Shown here piece after piece: positions 14,108-30,467 of a DNA stretch of 64,000 nucleotides; within the stretch, counting starts at the first letter, position 1; each line of letters opens with the position of its first letter. The position numbers and the translations under genes were made by a program. The stretch comes from Eledone cirrhosa (taxonomy: Eukaryota): positions 98,580,001-98,644,000 of the forward strand of contig OZ024740.1 of the NCBI GenBank assembly GCA_964016885.1, in the 5' to 3' direction. Below the pieces are notes generated by a model. The model saw only the letters and a list, made by a program, of their open reading frames with translations, had not been told where the DNA came from and searched no databases.

Positions 14108-14754
14108 CCACTCACATACACATATAAAACACATAAAATATATATTCAGATATCATCATAATCATCATCATCAATGTCATCATCATCATTTGATATCCCA
14201 TTACACTGCTAGTAAATGTTTAATAGGTTACCACCGATTGAATTAGTACATTATCTTATTACTGACCTCTTAAACCAGCTGGGAGTCTACATCTCACTCA
14301 CATGGGTTCCTACACAATACAGAGTGAGACAAATGCATTTTGACTTGAAGTCAGCACTAAGGAGGTTGTCATATCTTTAAAATGACTAAAGACTACTTTC
14401 AACCTATTTTCTGGCAGATTTTCTATGATTGGATGCCCTTCCTAACACCTACCAATTTACAGAGTTTACTGGGTGAGTTATATTCTCTCATTAATAATAG
14501 AGAGGCTGCCTTATTTGGCATGGTTTCTACAGTGGAATGTTCTTTCTATCCAACAGTCTTACAAGATATACTGAGCATATTTTTCCTGGCAGCATGACAA
14601 AGGAGGCTTTTATCTTATGACTGAAGGGTTATCTCAACCATTTCTGGCATGATCTCAACGACTGGAAGACTTCCCCAACACCAACCACTTTACAGAATGT
14701 ATTTGGTGCATATATGTGTGTGTATATATGCATATATGTGTGTTCTGGTTTTAT

Positions 14755-15105
14755 AATTTTATAAACTTTTACGAATAGAGAGAGAGTCGCTTTCTAACAT
14801 AGATACAGGACTCTCTCATCGGAATTTACACATCAACTAGATATATATGTATGCATGTCTGCATGTCTGCATGCATGCATGTGTGTGCAGGTATGGCTTT
14901 TATTGTATGTGTGGATGCGTATGCTTTGAATTATATGTGTGCATGTGCATATGTACATATAGTTATTAGATGCAGAATTTTTGGAATGTTTTACATAGTG
15001 TTACTGTTCCATTAATGGATTGTACTTGTAATTTCCTAACTAGTCTTGATCTTTCTGTTTCTGTGAAGCCCCATTTATCAAGATTTTAACTGAGACAGTA
15101 CAAGA
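14755..15105 (-). mobile_element. R4/Dong-like 3' end, head-to-tail with the next copy
   Basis: 14880-15090 is a diverged direct repeat of 15160-15345. Confidence 0.65.
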
Positions 15106-15565
15106 CTATTTCATTGGAATATAGACGACATCAACTAGGTAAATACATGTGTGTGTGTCTGTGTGTGTGCAGGTATGGATGTTATTGTATGTGTGGATCT
15201 GCATCTTTTGAGTCATACGTGTACATTTGCAGAATTTCTTAAATGTTTTACATAAATTTACAGTTCCATTAATGGAATGTACTTGCAACATCCTAACTAG
15301 TTGTGCTCTTTCTGATTCCGTGAAGCCCAGCTTCTCAAAATTTGTATTGAGGTAGATAGTTATGTAACTAAGAACACCAATAATCACAGGTACAAATCTA
15401 AATGTGTAGTCAGGGTGGAGTATAAGCATAAATATTCTCTGTTTCACTGATCTTTTGCATTATATTGACATCTACTGGGCAGTTGACCTCCACTACTCTG
15501 TATGCTTACTTTTCTCTGTCCCATATCACTGTATCTGGTTGATTGTGTTTGCATTTTATTGTGGA

Positions 15566-17024
15566 CTAGCATTAAAGCCCGGCGTTGCTCGGGGTCATTA
15601 AGTTACCAAAGTTAGGTTGCACCACCCATTTTATGGCAGCACATTTTGTCTGCCAGGCACTGGGTGAATTAATTGCAGACCTGTTGCAGACCTGGAAGCA
15701 GGAGCTGCGCCAGCAGTGACAATTGTAGTTTCGCCTATGGATATTATCTCTGTGCAAAAAAGTGTTGAAATTTATTGTTTCACAGTACTTGCGCAACACG
15801 TGCGTAGACGATGCCAGCCGAACAACAGAGCTGGGATAGAGTTGTTCTGCATGGTTGTCTGTGTGTTTTCTAAATTTAAGACAGTAGGGAGGGTTGTGAT
15901 ATGAGGGAGAGTTACTGTTGTTTCTAGCAGGTTTAGTGACCTCATAGAGGATATGTGTTTTCTAAATTTAAGACAGTAGGGAGTGGTGTGATATGGGGGA
16001 GAGTTAGCTGCTGTTTCTAGCAGGTTTAGTGACATAGAAGATATATTTTCTAAATTTAAGACAGTAGGGAGGGGTGTGATATGGGGAAGAGTTAGCTGCT
16101 TTTTCTAGCAGGCTTAGTAACCTCATAGAGGATATGTGTTTTCTAAATTTAAGACAGTGGGGAGTGGTGTGATATGGGGGAGAGTTAGCTGTTGGTTCTA
16201 GCAGGTTTAGTGACCTTATAGAATATATGTTTTCTAAATTTAAGACAGTAGGGAGGGGTGTGGTATGGGGGAGAGTTAGCTGCTGTTTCTAGCAGGTTTA
16301 GTGACCTCATAGAGGATATTATTGTTTATCATTATCTATAAAAGCAGATTGTTGTTGTTGTTGTGTGTGTGCACATGTTCCATGTTTATACATTTGCACA
16401 ATTTCAAACCGATTCGACTCAAAGTCTATAAGAATCCACGTTCGTTGATAGGTTTTAAAAAAGATTTATCGCTTGTTGTTGAATAAATGTATCTGTTGCT
16501 TTTGAATAATTGTCGTTTCGTATGAAATGTAATAATTGAGCAACTAAAAGTTAGTGTGGTTATAAATCAGGCACGTTGTTTAATGGCTTTAAATGTTTTT
16601 TTATCATTTGAAGTGAGCGTGTGTTTGTATGCGTTTGTAAATAAATCAGTAAGTTTGAAGTATAAAAGAGAAAGTAGCAAAATGTGTGGGTTGTAGATAG
16701 AGGGAAGCAGATGATATGAGAGAGTAAAACGGACAGTATCACCATCAAGCTTGGAAAGAGAAAGTAGCAGAAAGTATGAAGTTGTATAGATTTTGAATGG
16801 TAGTAGAAAGAGTTTAGCAGTTTAAATGAAAGAGAAAAATCGTAAAATATTGAGTTTTATCTATTTTTTGCGTAATTGTGGGTGAAATTGAAAAAATTAG
16901 ATGTGCCAAGACGCAATCGAAGCTATTTCGAATACTGAATTGTAAATTTCAATTGAAGAAATTCTATATCGTAGATTTCTATAACAAAGGAGCATGTCCA
17001 CACACTGAGCTTTATAGATTATGA
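15566..17024 (-). mobile_element. Non-autonomous Helitron
   Basis: The minus strand starts A|TCATAATCTATAAAG and ends with the hairpin CCCGAGCAACGCCGGG plus 8 nt and CTAG|T. There is no TSD, and removal rejoins the R4/Dong coding sequence. Confidence 0.85.
15861..16320. repeat. Minisatellite, 5 copies of ~91 bp, internal to the Helitron
   Basis: ttctaaatttaagacagtagggag recurs at ~15869, 15960, 16048, 16141 and 16232. Confidence 0.95.
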
Positions 17025-17740
17025 TATACTAAAACATTCCACCAGTACTCTTTCATATTATGTATGTATATGTCTTCCACATTGCTGAATCTTTTTATAT
17101 GTTTATTGTCGGGCTATTCTTTCTGCAGATTGCATTGTATAGTGAGGTAGATAGTACTGTGATGACATATTTGGACAGCTGCTTATGATATGGGTAAAAT
17201 CTTTCATCTTAATTCTGCAGAGTCTGCATCTTTTGTCACATCAAGATAATTTGCCTGCATCACTATCCCTTTTGTGATTCAGGTATTTTGTAGTTATTTC
17301 CTGTTCTTGAACTGCAAAAGCATATCTTCCAAATTGAGAGCCAATTGCTTATCTAAATTACTCTCAATTTCGAGATTCCTGGTAAGAAAGACATGCATAA
17401 TTTTTTGCTGATAATCATGCAGATTTTCATCCAAGGATTCATTGCGGTATTGGTGGGCAATGTCGCTGAGTGTGAATTTTTGGTTATCATGTCGGATGTA
17501 TGTCTCAAAGGGATCCTTCCCAACTTTCATATTATCTTTCTCATGTAGACAGACTTGATCCGTAGATGTGATCCTGTGCTCAATGGTTCATAGATGTTGT
17601 TGGAGGGATATGATATGACACTGAAATGCTGTTTGGACAGATGTTAGGCCTTTGTCTACCTGTTTACATTTTCAGTAGTGCCAGTCTATGTCACTGTTGA
17701 TTTGGAAATTTCCAGTGTTGGTTATTATTTTGGGGGTTTT

Positions 17741-18441
17741 ATCATCCTCATCATTTTACGTCCGCTTTTCCCTGCTTGCAAGGGTTGGACGGGTCCTATT
17801 CAGCACAGCATCTCTCCACTTGACACGGTCCTTCGTCATCTCCTCCGTGAGATTCAGCGATCTGAGGTCTGCTCTCACCATCTCCGCCCATGTTTTTCGT
17901 ATGTACCGCTACTGCGTTTTCCTTCTACTGGGATTTCTTCACACTTCTTTACCCAGCAGTCATCCGCCATGTGCATCACATGTCCATACCATCTCAGCCT
18001 TCTCTCCTGCACACCACAACTTATCCCTCTTATACCCAGTTTCTTTCTCTATGCTTGGTCGTTCATGCACATTTACATTGCACATCCAACGGAGCATACT
18101 TGTTTCATTTCTCTCCAGCCGTCGCATATCCTCTGCAGTTGCTGCCCATGTCTCACTACCATGCAACATTGCGCATCTCACACAGGCATCATATAACTGT
18201 CCTTTCATATGCAGGGAGAAACCCTTCTTTGTCAACAGAGGAAGCAGCTCCCTAAACTTCTTCCAACCCATCCTTATTCTATATACTATGGTCTCATACC
18301 CCCCCCCCCCCCCTCCCATGCTAACTGATCACCTAGGTACCGGAAGCTATCAACCACTTCTATAGAACCCACTTGCATTGGAAAAATGTGTCTATCACTG
18401 CGATTACTACTGCCACCTTTCCCTGTACATCTACTGTACAT
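17741..18441 (-). mobile_element. 5'-truncated RTE subfamily A copy
   Basis: ORF 17960-18319 (GWKKFRELLPLL, MLHGSETW); same 3' end as 3277-3325. Confidence 0.9.
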
Positions 18442-18599
18442 CAATGGCTAAAATTTTGATCTACCTTCTAAACAAATATTCCAAATGTTGGTGTCAGAAC
18501 AGACATAGCAAACACTGAGTGAGCCATTGATTTATTGTGCACAGAGAGGTCAAAAGATCACATTTTTCTTATTAGGGTGTTATATTCCCTGTTTACATT

Positions 18600-18930
18600 T
18601 TTATCATCATCATCATTTTTACATCCGTTTCGATACACATCATAGCATCTCTCCACTCATTGTGTTTGATGCATTCATTTGTGATCTCCTCTCTGAGTCT
18701 CAGCTATTTGAGGTCAGCTCTCATCCTGTCTACCCAGGTATTTATTGGTCTACCTTTACTCTGACTTCCTTCCACTGGTATTTCCTGGCCATTCTTCACC
18801 CATCAGCCATCATTCTTGATCATCATATGTCTGTATCAACGTAGACTTCTCTCCTGCACACCACCTCAGATTCATCTTAAACTCAGTTTCTCCTTCAGTT
18901 CACCCATGCTCTGCCTTATTACTCCACTCA
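18600..18930 (-). mobile_element. Old RTE 3' fragment
   Basis: Decayed match to the RTE C-terminal coding region (VQERSLR, EGSQSKGRPINTWVD); (CAT)n tail. Confidence 0.6.
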
Positions 18931-19099
18931 CACCTGTTAAATATCCCACACACCTAATCATTATCAAACTCCCTTACCTGATCCTCCCCTACCCAGTCGA
19001 TGAAAGCTGGACAAGCTTGACATCTGATCTCCCACAATATCATTGCCAAGAGAAAAAGGACTAAGTCCAACCTCTATGCTGATTCAGTGCAGCAACAAC

Positions 19100-19475
19100 A
19101 AAAGCACTTCGTCCATCCTGTAAGGTGATCATGTTGGTAACACAAGAAAACGTACTATGTCCACGCTGCAAGGTGGTCATCCTGGTGACAAAACAAAAAG
19201 AACCCAGTCCACACTATAAGGTGATCATGCAGGCAACACAAAAAATATACCCAATTCACTCTGTAAGGTTGTTGTTTCAGTACCAAACTAAAAAGCACCT
19301 AGTCCACACCGTAATGTGGTTGGTGTTAGGAAGGGCTTCTACATGCCAAAATACAGATCCATGTGAGAAAGATGTGGTCTCTTGATCTGACTTGTTTCAT
19401 AATGTGACAACCCATCTAACCCATGTAAGCATGAACAAATGGATGTTAAATGATGATGATGATGATGATGATGTG
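19100..19475 (+). mobile_element. RTE-type 3' UTR with five ~47-bp tandem subunits and (GAT)n tail
   Basis: Repeated aaaaagcacc.agtccacactgtaaggtg units, then gttggtgttaggaagggc and cccatctaacccatg. Confidence 0.7.
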
Positions 19476-20089
19476 ATTCTGTGCATGAGGAATCAAATGT
19501 TAAATGATAATGATGATGATGATGATGATGATGATATGTGGTTGTAGAATAATGTAGTATAATAATAAAAAAAATATAACTTGTTTATATATATATATTT
19601 CATTGCTAGCAGGGAAAAATGGACATATATACACAAACACCCACATTTATATATAATATAAATATATATATAGTTACATGATACAATATGTATATTTGTC
19701 TCTGTTTGTGAATGTGTTCGTGTCAGTGTGCATGTATGTGTCCTTGTGTGTATGTGTATTTGTGTGTATGTGTTTATGTGTCTGTGTTTGTGTGTGTGTA
19801 CGTGTGTGTATGTGTGTGCACGTGTGTTTCCTTGCAATGGTATTTAAATATATGCACTGTAGTCCATGACATTTAGAAATTTGTTTTTAGTATTTATTTA
19901 ATCCAATTCTCCAATCATTTTGCCACACTAATACATTTTGTCATATTTCAAATATATAAAGAAACAAATACTTGCAAATACGTATATACTTGTCTGTGTG
20001 TGTTTGCATGTACTTATGCAAGTATATATGTTTGTCTGTACATATATTCACACACAAACATATACAGACATACAAATATATATCATTAC

Positions 20090-20178
20090 TTTGCCTTTCA
20101 TCCTTACAGGGTCGATAAAATAAAGTACCAGTAATACACTGGGTAATTGCTGGCCTTGTGCCAAAAGTAGAAACAATT
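20090..20178 (+). mobile_element. SINE family 1, 5'-truncated
   Basis: tttgcctttcatccttacagggtcgataaaataaagtaccag...gccaaaagtagaaacaa. Confidence 0.85.
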
Positions 20179-20223
20179 ATTTTACATCCATTTATCCACT
20201 TTCTATGCTGGCATAGCATATAT

Positions 20224-20254
<31 letters not shown>

Positions 20255-20953
20255 AATGAAAAGTATAGATATTATCGTAGCAGGAAGCCAACAGTATTCC
20301 ATAATATATAATATATATTCCATATATATATATATATATATATATATAGGTATATGTGTGGGTGTGTGTTTGTGTGTATGTGAGTGGGTGTGGGGTGGGG
20401 GTGGCGGTGGGTGGGGCGTGTGTGTGTGTGTGCGTGTGTGTGTGTGTGTGCATATATGTATATGTATATTGATTTTTATGTATGTTCTGTTTAGATTTTG
20501 TTATTAAAAACGCTTTCTTTTGGAATTTTAACAATTCAAGTCATATCATTTTTAGAACCATACAGTGTATTTTAAAAAGATATAATGTTGAATGAAAGTG
20601 CTATGCAAACAATTTTATTGGTAGCAATAGAGCACCTTGTATTTTTATTTGTTATTGAAGTGGTGTTAATGTTTATATTGTGGTGGTGTTGATGGTGATG
20701 CAGCTGCTTGTTATCGTGCTACATTTATTAATGCTGTTGTTGTTGTTATTGTGTTTGCAATTTTTGTGGGGAATTCATGTTATTCTCAAGGGAGTCTACG
20801 AAATCTTCATTGAAAGATGAAAGTCACTTTTCATTTTGTCTATGTATCTGATTGTCTGTCTATCATACTCTTTCTCCTTTCTCTCTGTCTCCCTCTGTCT
20901 CTCTCTTTCTGTGTCTTCCATATTTTGCTTTGTTATGCATATACCTACATTGC

Positions 20954-20984
<31 letters not shown>

Positions 20985-21157
20985 CACACATATGTATATG
21001 TGAATTTGTGTACGTATATGGTGTTACTTAATAAGTAATGGTATTTCCTCACAAAGATTTAAAGGGGCAAGAAAACAATCACAAGAAAAAGAAACAACAT
21101 AAAATGATATTTACGTATATTTTCTAATCTACTATATATTTTTCCATTTCTATTAAG

Positions 21158-21243
21158 GCCTGTCTGGTTATGACATGAAAGCTTTGCAATACTATAGTTA
21201 TGGAATTCAAATGGATGTTGTTTTAAGGGGAAACGGTAGAAAG
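21158..21243 (+). CDS. Candidate internal coding exon of an unidentified host gene (xLSGYDMKALQYYSYGIQMDVVLRGNGRK)
   Basis: Branch-like CTAAT at ~21124, pyrimidine tract, AG at 21156-57, only one open frame, GT donors at 21236 or 21244. No homology recognised. Confidence 0.3.
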
Positions 21244-23009
21244 GTTGGCTGTGTTTTGTTTACATAAGTCATCTAAAGAAGTATACATTTTGGTTTTGGT
21301 TGGTGTTCTTTGTTATCTTTTTCTTTAATGTAATTTCATAGAGTTTCTGAATAGTTTGTAACCGTAACCCTCACATATTACGAATGTAGTAGGATTATAG
21401 AATTCTTTTATATTTGTTCACCCATGAATGTTTATTAATCTTTAGTAGAAGTGATCCTTGCTGTATGAGATCATATGTCACTATATTAGAACAGGATCAT
21501 TTTCTGGTGAACATAGGTTTTTTATTTTTTTGTTTTTCCTCCACTACAATTTGCATACAGTTGGTTCACTTTTTTTTATTGAAAATATCCCAGTTGGTAT
21601 TGCACTGTTTTATGAATTTATTAAGAAACACAGTAGCAGTGAGTTGAATGTATTAGTCTGAGGAATATGTTGACATGTATTGAAAGGTTTCTATTGATTC
21701 AATTGCCACAAAACAAAGCAAATAAATCTGTATGTCTTAGACTTCCACTTGGATAACAAACAAGTTTAATTGAAACCAACATTTGAAACTCTTCTTAGCC
21801 TCAAAATTCCCTAAAATTAGCAACGAAATCATTCTTAAAATCAAATGCTATTCTCTGAGAAAAGAATGACACACTAAATGAGAAGAGATTGATACACTCT
21901 GGATTAAGTGTGTCTGAAAGAAATTGAGATGTTTGCATTTCGTTTTTAACCATTTATGAGTTATATTAGGGCAGAGCCAATTATCTTTTTAAGGGTCTCC
22001 ATAATTTGTGGTTGGAAGAGAGAAAATTATCCATAAATGGTTGACATGGTTTGCACGTTTGCCATGAAGAGAAACTCTGGTAAAATCACCTAAAGGCTAG
22101 CTGGTAATGTTAAAATGAATGCTCTATCACATAAGGAATCAGAACAGAAAGAGCCGAAAGAAATATTATCTGATGCTCTAGCAATCTCCTCAAACCACTA
22201 CCATATATTCATACTTTGTTTTATTGATACCTACCCCTAAGAAAATAAAAGACCAAATTGACCTCAATGAGATCTGAACTCAGATTGTAGTGAGAAAGAA
22301 CAAATAACTTTGATCAGAGCAAACCACAAAAACAAGCTAATCTTCATAGTTTAGGAGTTTATTCATCTGAATTGCATCTTGTTATAATGATTTTTAATTT
22401 AGGCCCAAGGCCAGCAAATTGTGGCAGGGAGATCTCAGTTATACTGTCTCCAGTATTTTACTGGTAATTTATTTTATTGAAACCAATATTATAAATGGCA
22501 AAGTTGACCTTGGCGGGACTTGAACTTAGAACAAATACTGAAAATAGATTTTAATTGATGGAGTACAAGTTTCTGCCAATCTGCCCTTGCTTCACAAAGC
22601 AACAAAACTCATTCTTGCAACAAAATCCATCATGTCCATGTGAGCATGTAAACATGGTTGTCAATCAAAGAGAGTGAAGTTTATTCCAAAACTGTATCGT
22701 ACTAATCACTTAGAGAACCATTTCCAGGTGTAAATATTCATTTTTAACTTTGATTTAGTCTATATTGATCACCCTCTAGTGCCTAATGTGCATACCATTT
22801 AAGTTTTAACTGTGACGTAACCTATCTGAATGTACCTTAAAAGCTTAATATGCAACCGGAGTAACATTCTAAAAGGCCAATTTAATTTTGGAAAAATATT
22901 AATGGCTGTTAGCTATACAAATGTTGCAAGCTCTTTCTACTACATAATCCATAGTTAATAACTTTAACATATATTACTTTAGATACTTAAGTGTATCTAA
23001 TATTATTGC

Positions 23010-23370
23010 CATGTGGCATACGTCCTGAGTTCAAATCCTGCCAAAGTTAGCTTTGCCTTTCATCTTTATTTGGTTGATGAAATAAAGCACCAGTAATGCA
23101 CTGGGGTTGACTTAATCGACCTTCCCTTTCCCTTCAAATTGCTGGTCTTGTGCCTAAATCAGAAACCATTATTATTGTTATTATTTTTACAAAGAATCAT
23201 TGGAGCAGCATTTAGTTACAGCCCTTTTCAGTCTGCACTTGAATCCAGCTGAGGTTCTTTTGACTTTCATCCTCCCAATGTTGATAAAATGTGTACCAGT
23301 CAAATACTGGAGTCCATATAGTTGAGTGTTCCTTTCCTTCAAATATCTGGCCTTGTGCTTCTGATATGAA
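23010..23370 (+). mobile_element. Two diverged SINE family 1 copies
   Basis: gagttcaaatcctgcc..ctttgcctttcatc..aaagcaccag..gctggtcttgtgcc, followed by a second decayed copy. Confidence 0.7.
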
Positions 23371-24989
23371 TTATTACTAAATTTGTTTAGCTTTAGCTCT
23401 ATTTCAGTCCTGCTTCACAGCCCTATTTTTAAAGATATTCCAATCATAACAATTCTCTCTTACTCCTTGGCTCAGTGCACCAGGAACCTCATTAATCAAT
23501 TTGTCCCTTTAATAGGACAATAGAATTTCATTAAAGATCCATTTGGTTGATATTTTTAGCAAGTTAAATGACCACCCAGAAGCACCCATGATAGGTTAAG
23601 TATCTGTTTATTGTAAACAGTAGTGGCTCATGATTAAAGAAGAAGAAAAATGACTTCATATCCATATTGTCATTCAAGAATCTTATACAATACTGGTAAC
23701 AGAAAACCAGTATCAAACTCAATAGAGCATCACTCAACAAAAGAGCTTCTATGTGGTCTTTCAACTAGCTAGAAATAGGAACAAAATATCCTAAAAACAA
23801 AAATCTAAAGTTAATTAAAAATTGAATATAGACATCTTGATCTGTGATACATGTAATGATATTTTTGCTGAATAGTAGATGAAACCAGAACTTATTTCTC
23901 ACTCTGATATGAGCTTCTGGTTGTTTATAATGGTTGAGTTGTATATGGTTATATTTCTGAAGTGTCTATGGATAAATATATGTTTCCTCACCCCTGTGAA
24001 AACTGCTTCCCCAGAAGAGCGACTGCTTATATGTTTGCTTATTGTTATCAGTATTTGCTCAATAACATTTGGTGAATGGCTGAAATCTAAATGTATATAA
24101 AATCTGAGATTAGGCTCATCATTATATTGGTGGATCTTGTCTGTTTTGATGATAAGCATCAAGTTGTTCGATCAACTGAAATCCATCTCTTGAATGAATA
24201 TGTACATGATTGAATATTTCAGAAATGTATGTACCTATAATGTAATAACAAAGCCTAATTATCATGACACAATACATAATATGACTGAGCTTTTGAATTA
24301 TTGGCATAATCCATCTACTGGGTTTCCACACAGTTTCCATCTACCCAATTTTACTTACAAGACTTAAATGAATCTAAAACTATAGTAAAGAACCTTGCTC
24401 AAGATGTCACATAATAGGATCAGACCCCAAATTTCATGAATGTGAAGTGAATTGATTAACCACTCAACCATACATACATTCAGGATGTTGTCACATACTA
24501 GATTTGCTTCTACTGTTATTTTCGGATTAAATATTTTGAAGGTGGCTCAGATTTATTTCCTTCACATGTCAGTTGTATGCTTTCTCATACTCCTTAATGT
24601 CCTGCTGTAAACAGAACTAATCACAGCTTATAGACATGGTATATAATTTGTGTTATTTCTTTACAAGGTGAAAAACAAAGCATCGGCTTCATTATACATC
24701 GTGTGACTAGCTACTAACTTTTGTTTTTTATTCTTCAACTATTACAAAGGTTAACAGGATATTGTTGAGCTGTTTCAATCCCTCGATGCTAGCAGTGAAC
24801 TGTTAAAGAAGAAATTATTTTTAAATGTATAGAAATATTATGCACAAAAAACAATCTGTAATTGTGTAATGGTGCACTTCAGAGTTTTACTCGAAAATTG
24901 AAGAGCACTCAACCACATTGTTTACAACACATACCCACCCACTCACACATGCATACATATACCCCCCCCCCCCCATATATATATATATT

Positions 24990-25175
24990 GAGAAAGATAG
25001 ATTAAATCGCGACTAAGGTACCAACTGGTTTCAGCTTGAAGAGGCTTGCTGAACACACAAGCTGAAACTGCTTGATGCTGCAGTTGGGATTTTACCTATC
25101 TCTATACCAACTCTGCATCTCCCCATGCATTGAGTACTCCCATGTTAGTGATCTCCTTGGTTTCAGCACCACAGA
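24990..25175 (+). mobile_element. Penelope-like pLTR remnant with hammerhead-like motif and diverged 5' inversion
   Basis: TTGAAGA-GGCTTG..CAAGCT-GAAA-CTGC..GCAG-TT (25036-25085). 24990-25038 is a diverged reverse complement of 25058-25105. Confidence 0.55.
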
Positions 25176-25231
25176 CTCGCTCTCTCTCTCTTTCTCTCCC
25201 TCTCTCCCACTCTTTCTCTATATATATATAT

Positions 25232-25410
25232 TTGTTTTTACTTTTGGCACAAGGCCAGCAATTATTCCAGTGTATTACTGCTACTTTATTTTATCGACCC
25301 CGTAAGGATGAAAGGCAAAGTTAACCTCGGCGGGATTTTAACTCAGATCATAAAGTGTCGTAACTCTATGCTACAAAGCATGGCGTCTGACCCTCTACCG
25401 ATACTGCCTA
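25232..25410 (-). mobile_element. SINE family 1
   Basis: Matches 7002-7186. Confidence 0.85.
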
Positions 25411-25748
25411 TATTGATATTGAAGCAACTATGTCAATACCAAGAGAAAAAGACAGAAAACGACAGACAAACATGTGTACTTTTCTCTATATATATATGTA
25501 TGTAAACCGTGTTAATTTTTTTCCCCATATTCTTATTAATATTTAATTTAATTTCATTATACACTTCCATTGCAAGAAGAAGCCTGTAAGCTGAAACCGG
25601 TACGAATAATAGAGAAATTCCTATTTTGTAAATAAATGTTTTGCTGTTATTCTGATAGAAAATCTCTTTAGCATTTTCTACTGTTTTTGTTTTCTTTTTT
25701 CCTATTATATATATATATATCAACTCGTGTGTCACTTCTCTACATTCA

Positions 25749-29010
<3,262 letters not shown>

Positions 29011-29066
29011 ACATAGAGCGCTCTTCACTCCTATGACTTTTTCAATTTTCAACAGAAACTTCAATA

Positions 29067-29348
29067 CATTTCATTTCATTTTACGTCCGCTTTTTCCCTG
29101 CTTGCAAGGGTGGGACGGGAACTGATTCTGGCTTGATTTATACAGCTGGATGCCCTTCCTAACATCAACCTCATTTACAGTGAGTGCTGGGTGCTTTCTT
29201 GCCGTGGCACCTCCACGACCACTTTTCTACAGCTGAGTAAACTGGAGCAATGTGAAATAAAGTGTCTTGCTCAAGGAAACAACACATCACCCGGTATGAG
29301 AATCGAACTCACAACCTTTCGATTGCAAGGCCAATGCTCTAACCACTA
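29067..29348 (-). mobile_element. SINE family 2 (CORE-type) with RTE-A-derived 3' tail
   Basis: Same head and CORE as 11833-12248, but ends cccgtcccacccttgcaagcagggaaaaagcggacgtaaaatg. Confidence 0.85.
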
Positions 29349-29367
29349 TATATATATATATATATAT

Positions 29368-29502
29368 ATCTGCCAGAATTAGTAAGCTACCTCCATCAAT
29401 TTCTTTGTAGTAGTAGTAGTAGTAGTAGTAGTACCACTATTATGTGTATTTATTGTGTGTCATCACTGCATTACCGAGTACAGATCTTGTGTTTGTGCTT
29501 GC

Positions 29503-29509
<7 letters not shown>
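29368..29509. repeat. 142-bp near-identical direct duplicate of 35099-35240
   Basis: One visible mismatch, inside the (GTA)n run. Confidence 0.95.
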
Positions 29510-29596
<87 letters not shown>

Positions 29597-29599
<3 letters not shown>

Positions 29600-29675
29600 C
29601 GAAGGAAGTGTGGTAAGGAAACAGGTGGACCATAACGCACCAGAGTACTCGATACTTAGAGTAGTAGAGTGGGTC

Positions 29676-29678
<3 letters not shown>
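29597..29678 (-). mobile_element. Short second copy of the 10120-10197 element end, in (TA)n
   Basis: Reverse-complement match (ggtggaccataacgcacca). Confidence 0.7.
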
Positions 29679-29733
<55 letters not shown>

Positions 29734-30426
29734 TGAGAGAGAGAGGGGGAGAGAGAAGGTGAGATTGGAAATAGCAGGGAAAATATATTTAAGGGTCTGT
29801 TTATCTTTCTTATTCTCTTTTCTTTGATTCGTCAAAGTGGCATTATTGAAAAAATGAGAGGGACAATTATTTTTTAAAAGCGTTTTTTAATATATAGAAA
29901 GTTTATAAAGTATTACCGGTTTTGATGTATTAGCAAAATTCATCTTATCAAATGTTGAGTATTACAATGAAAAATAATTAATAATGATTAAAAACTAATA
30001 ATTAAAGTTTTAAAATCAAGTGTTGAGGTAAGTTTTTCTCTCTTCCTTGTTGAGAAGGAGACTGTAAAATGAACACTTGTGTATAAAGAGAGAGGTGATA
30101 GTAGCAGCAGCAGCGTTGGTAGCTGTATTTCTTCAACATCGAAAAATTTAATTGTGTTAGTGGACTTGTCAAGAGTTCAGATGGAAATGGCGAAGAGGGG
30201 GAATTGTAAGCTAGAGACAAATTCTATGGGTTTTGTAAAAGAAATTCTATTTTAGGGATATGGTTTTAGGGAGTGTGAGACTGTATGCATAAAAAGATAG
30301 ACACATCTGGATGTGGATGTGTGTGTGGGGTGGGGGTGCTTCAGCCTGTCTGTCACAAGTCCCTTTGGGGTGGGAAATTAAAAAAAGGAAAATATGTGTA
30401 TGACCATTTTTTCTCTCTTATTCCGT

Positions 30427-30467
<41 letters not shown>

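Larger units (their letters stand above)
15106..17680 (-). mobile_element. R4/Dong-clade LINE relic split by a Helitron (pieces ~17025-17680 and 15106-15565)
   Basis: CRLCRIKMKDFTHIISSCPNMSSQYYLP, KEYWWNVLV | STIKCKHNQPDTVIWD..VVEVNCPVD, FRFVPVIIG, LQVHSINGTVNLCKTF. Confidence 0.8.

Noticed and set aside
15861-16320. Regular repeats resembling a CRISPR array
   Set aside because: The whole 91-bp unit repeats with no unique spacers, there are no cas genes, and the context is eukaryotic.
30181-30211. Possible first coding exon (MEMAKRGN, GTAAG donor)
   Set aside because: Too short; no supporting downstream exon or homology.
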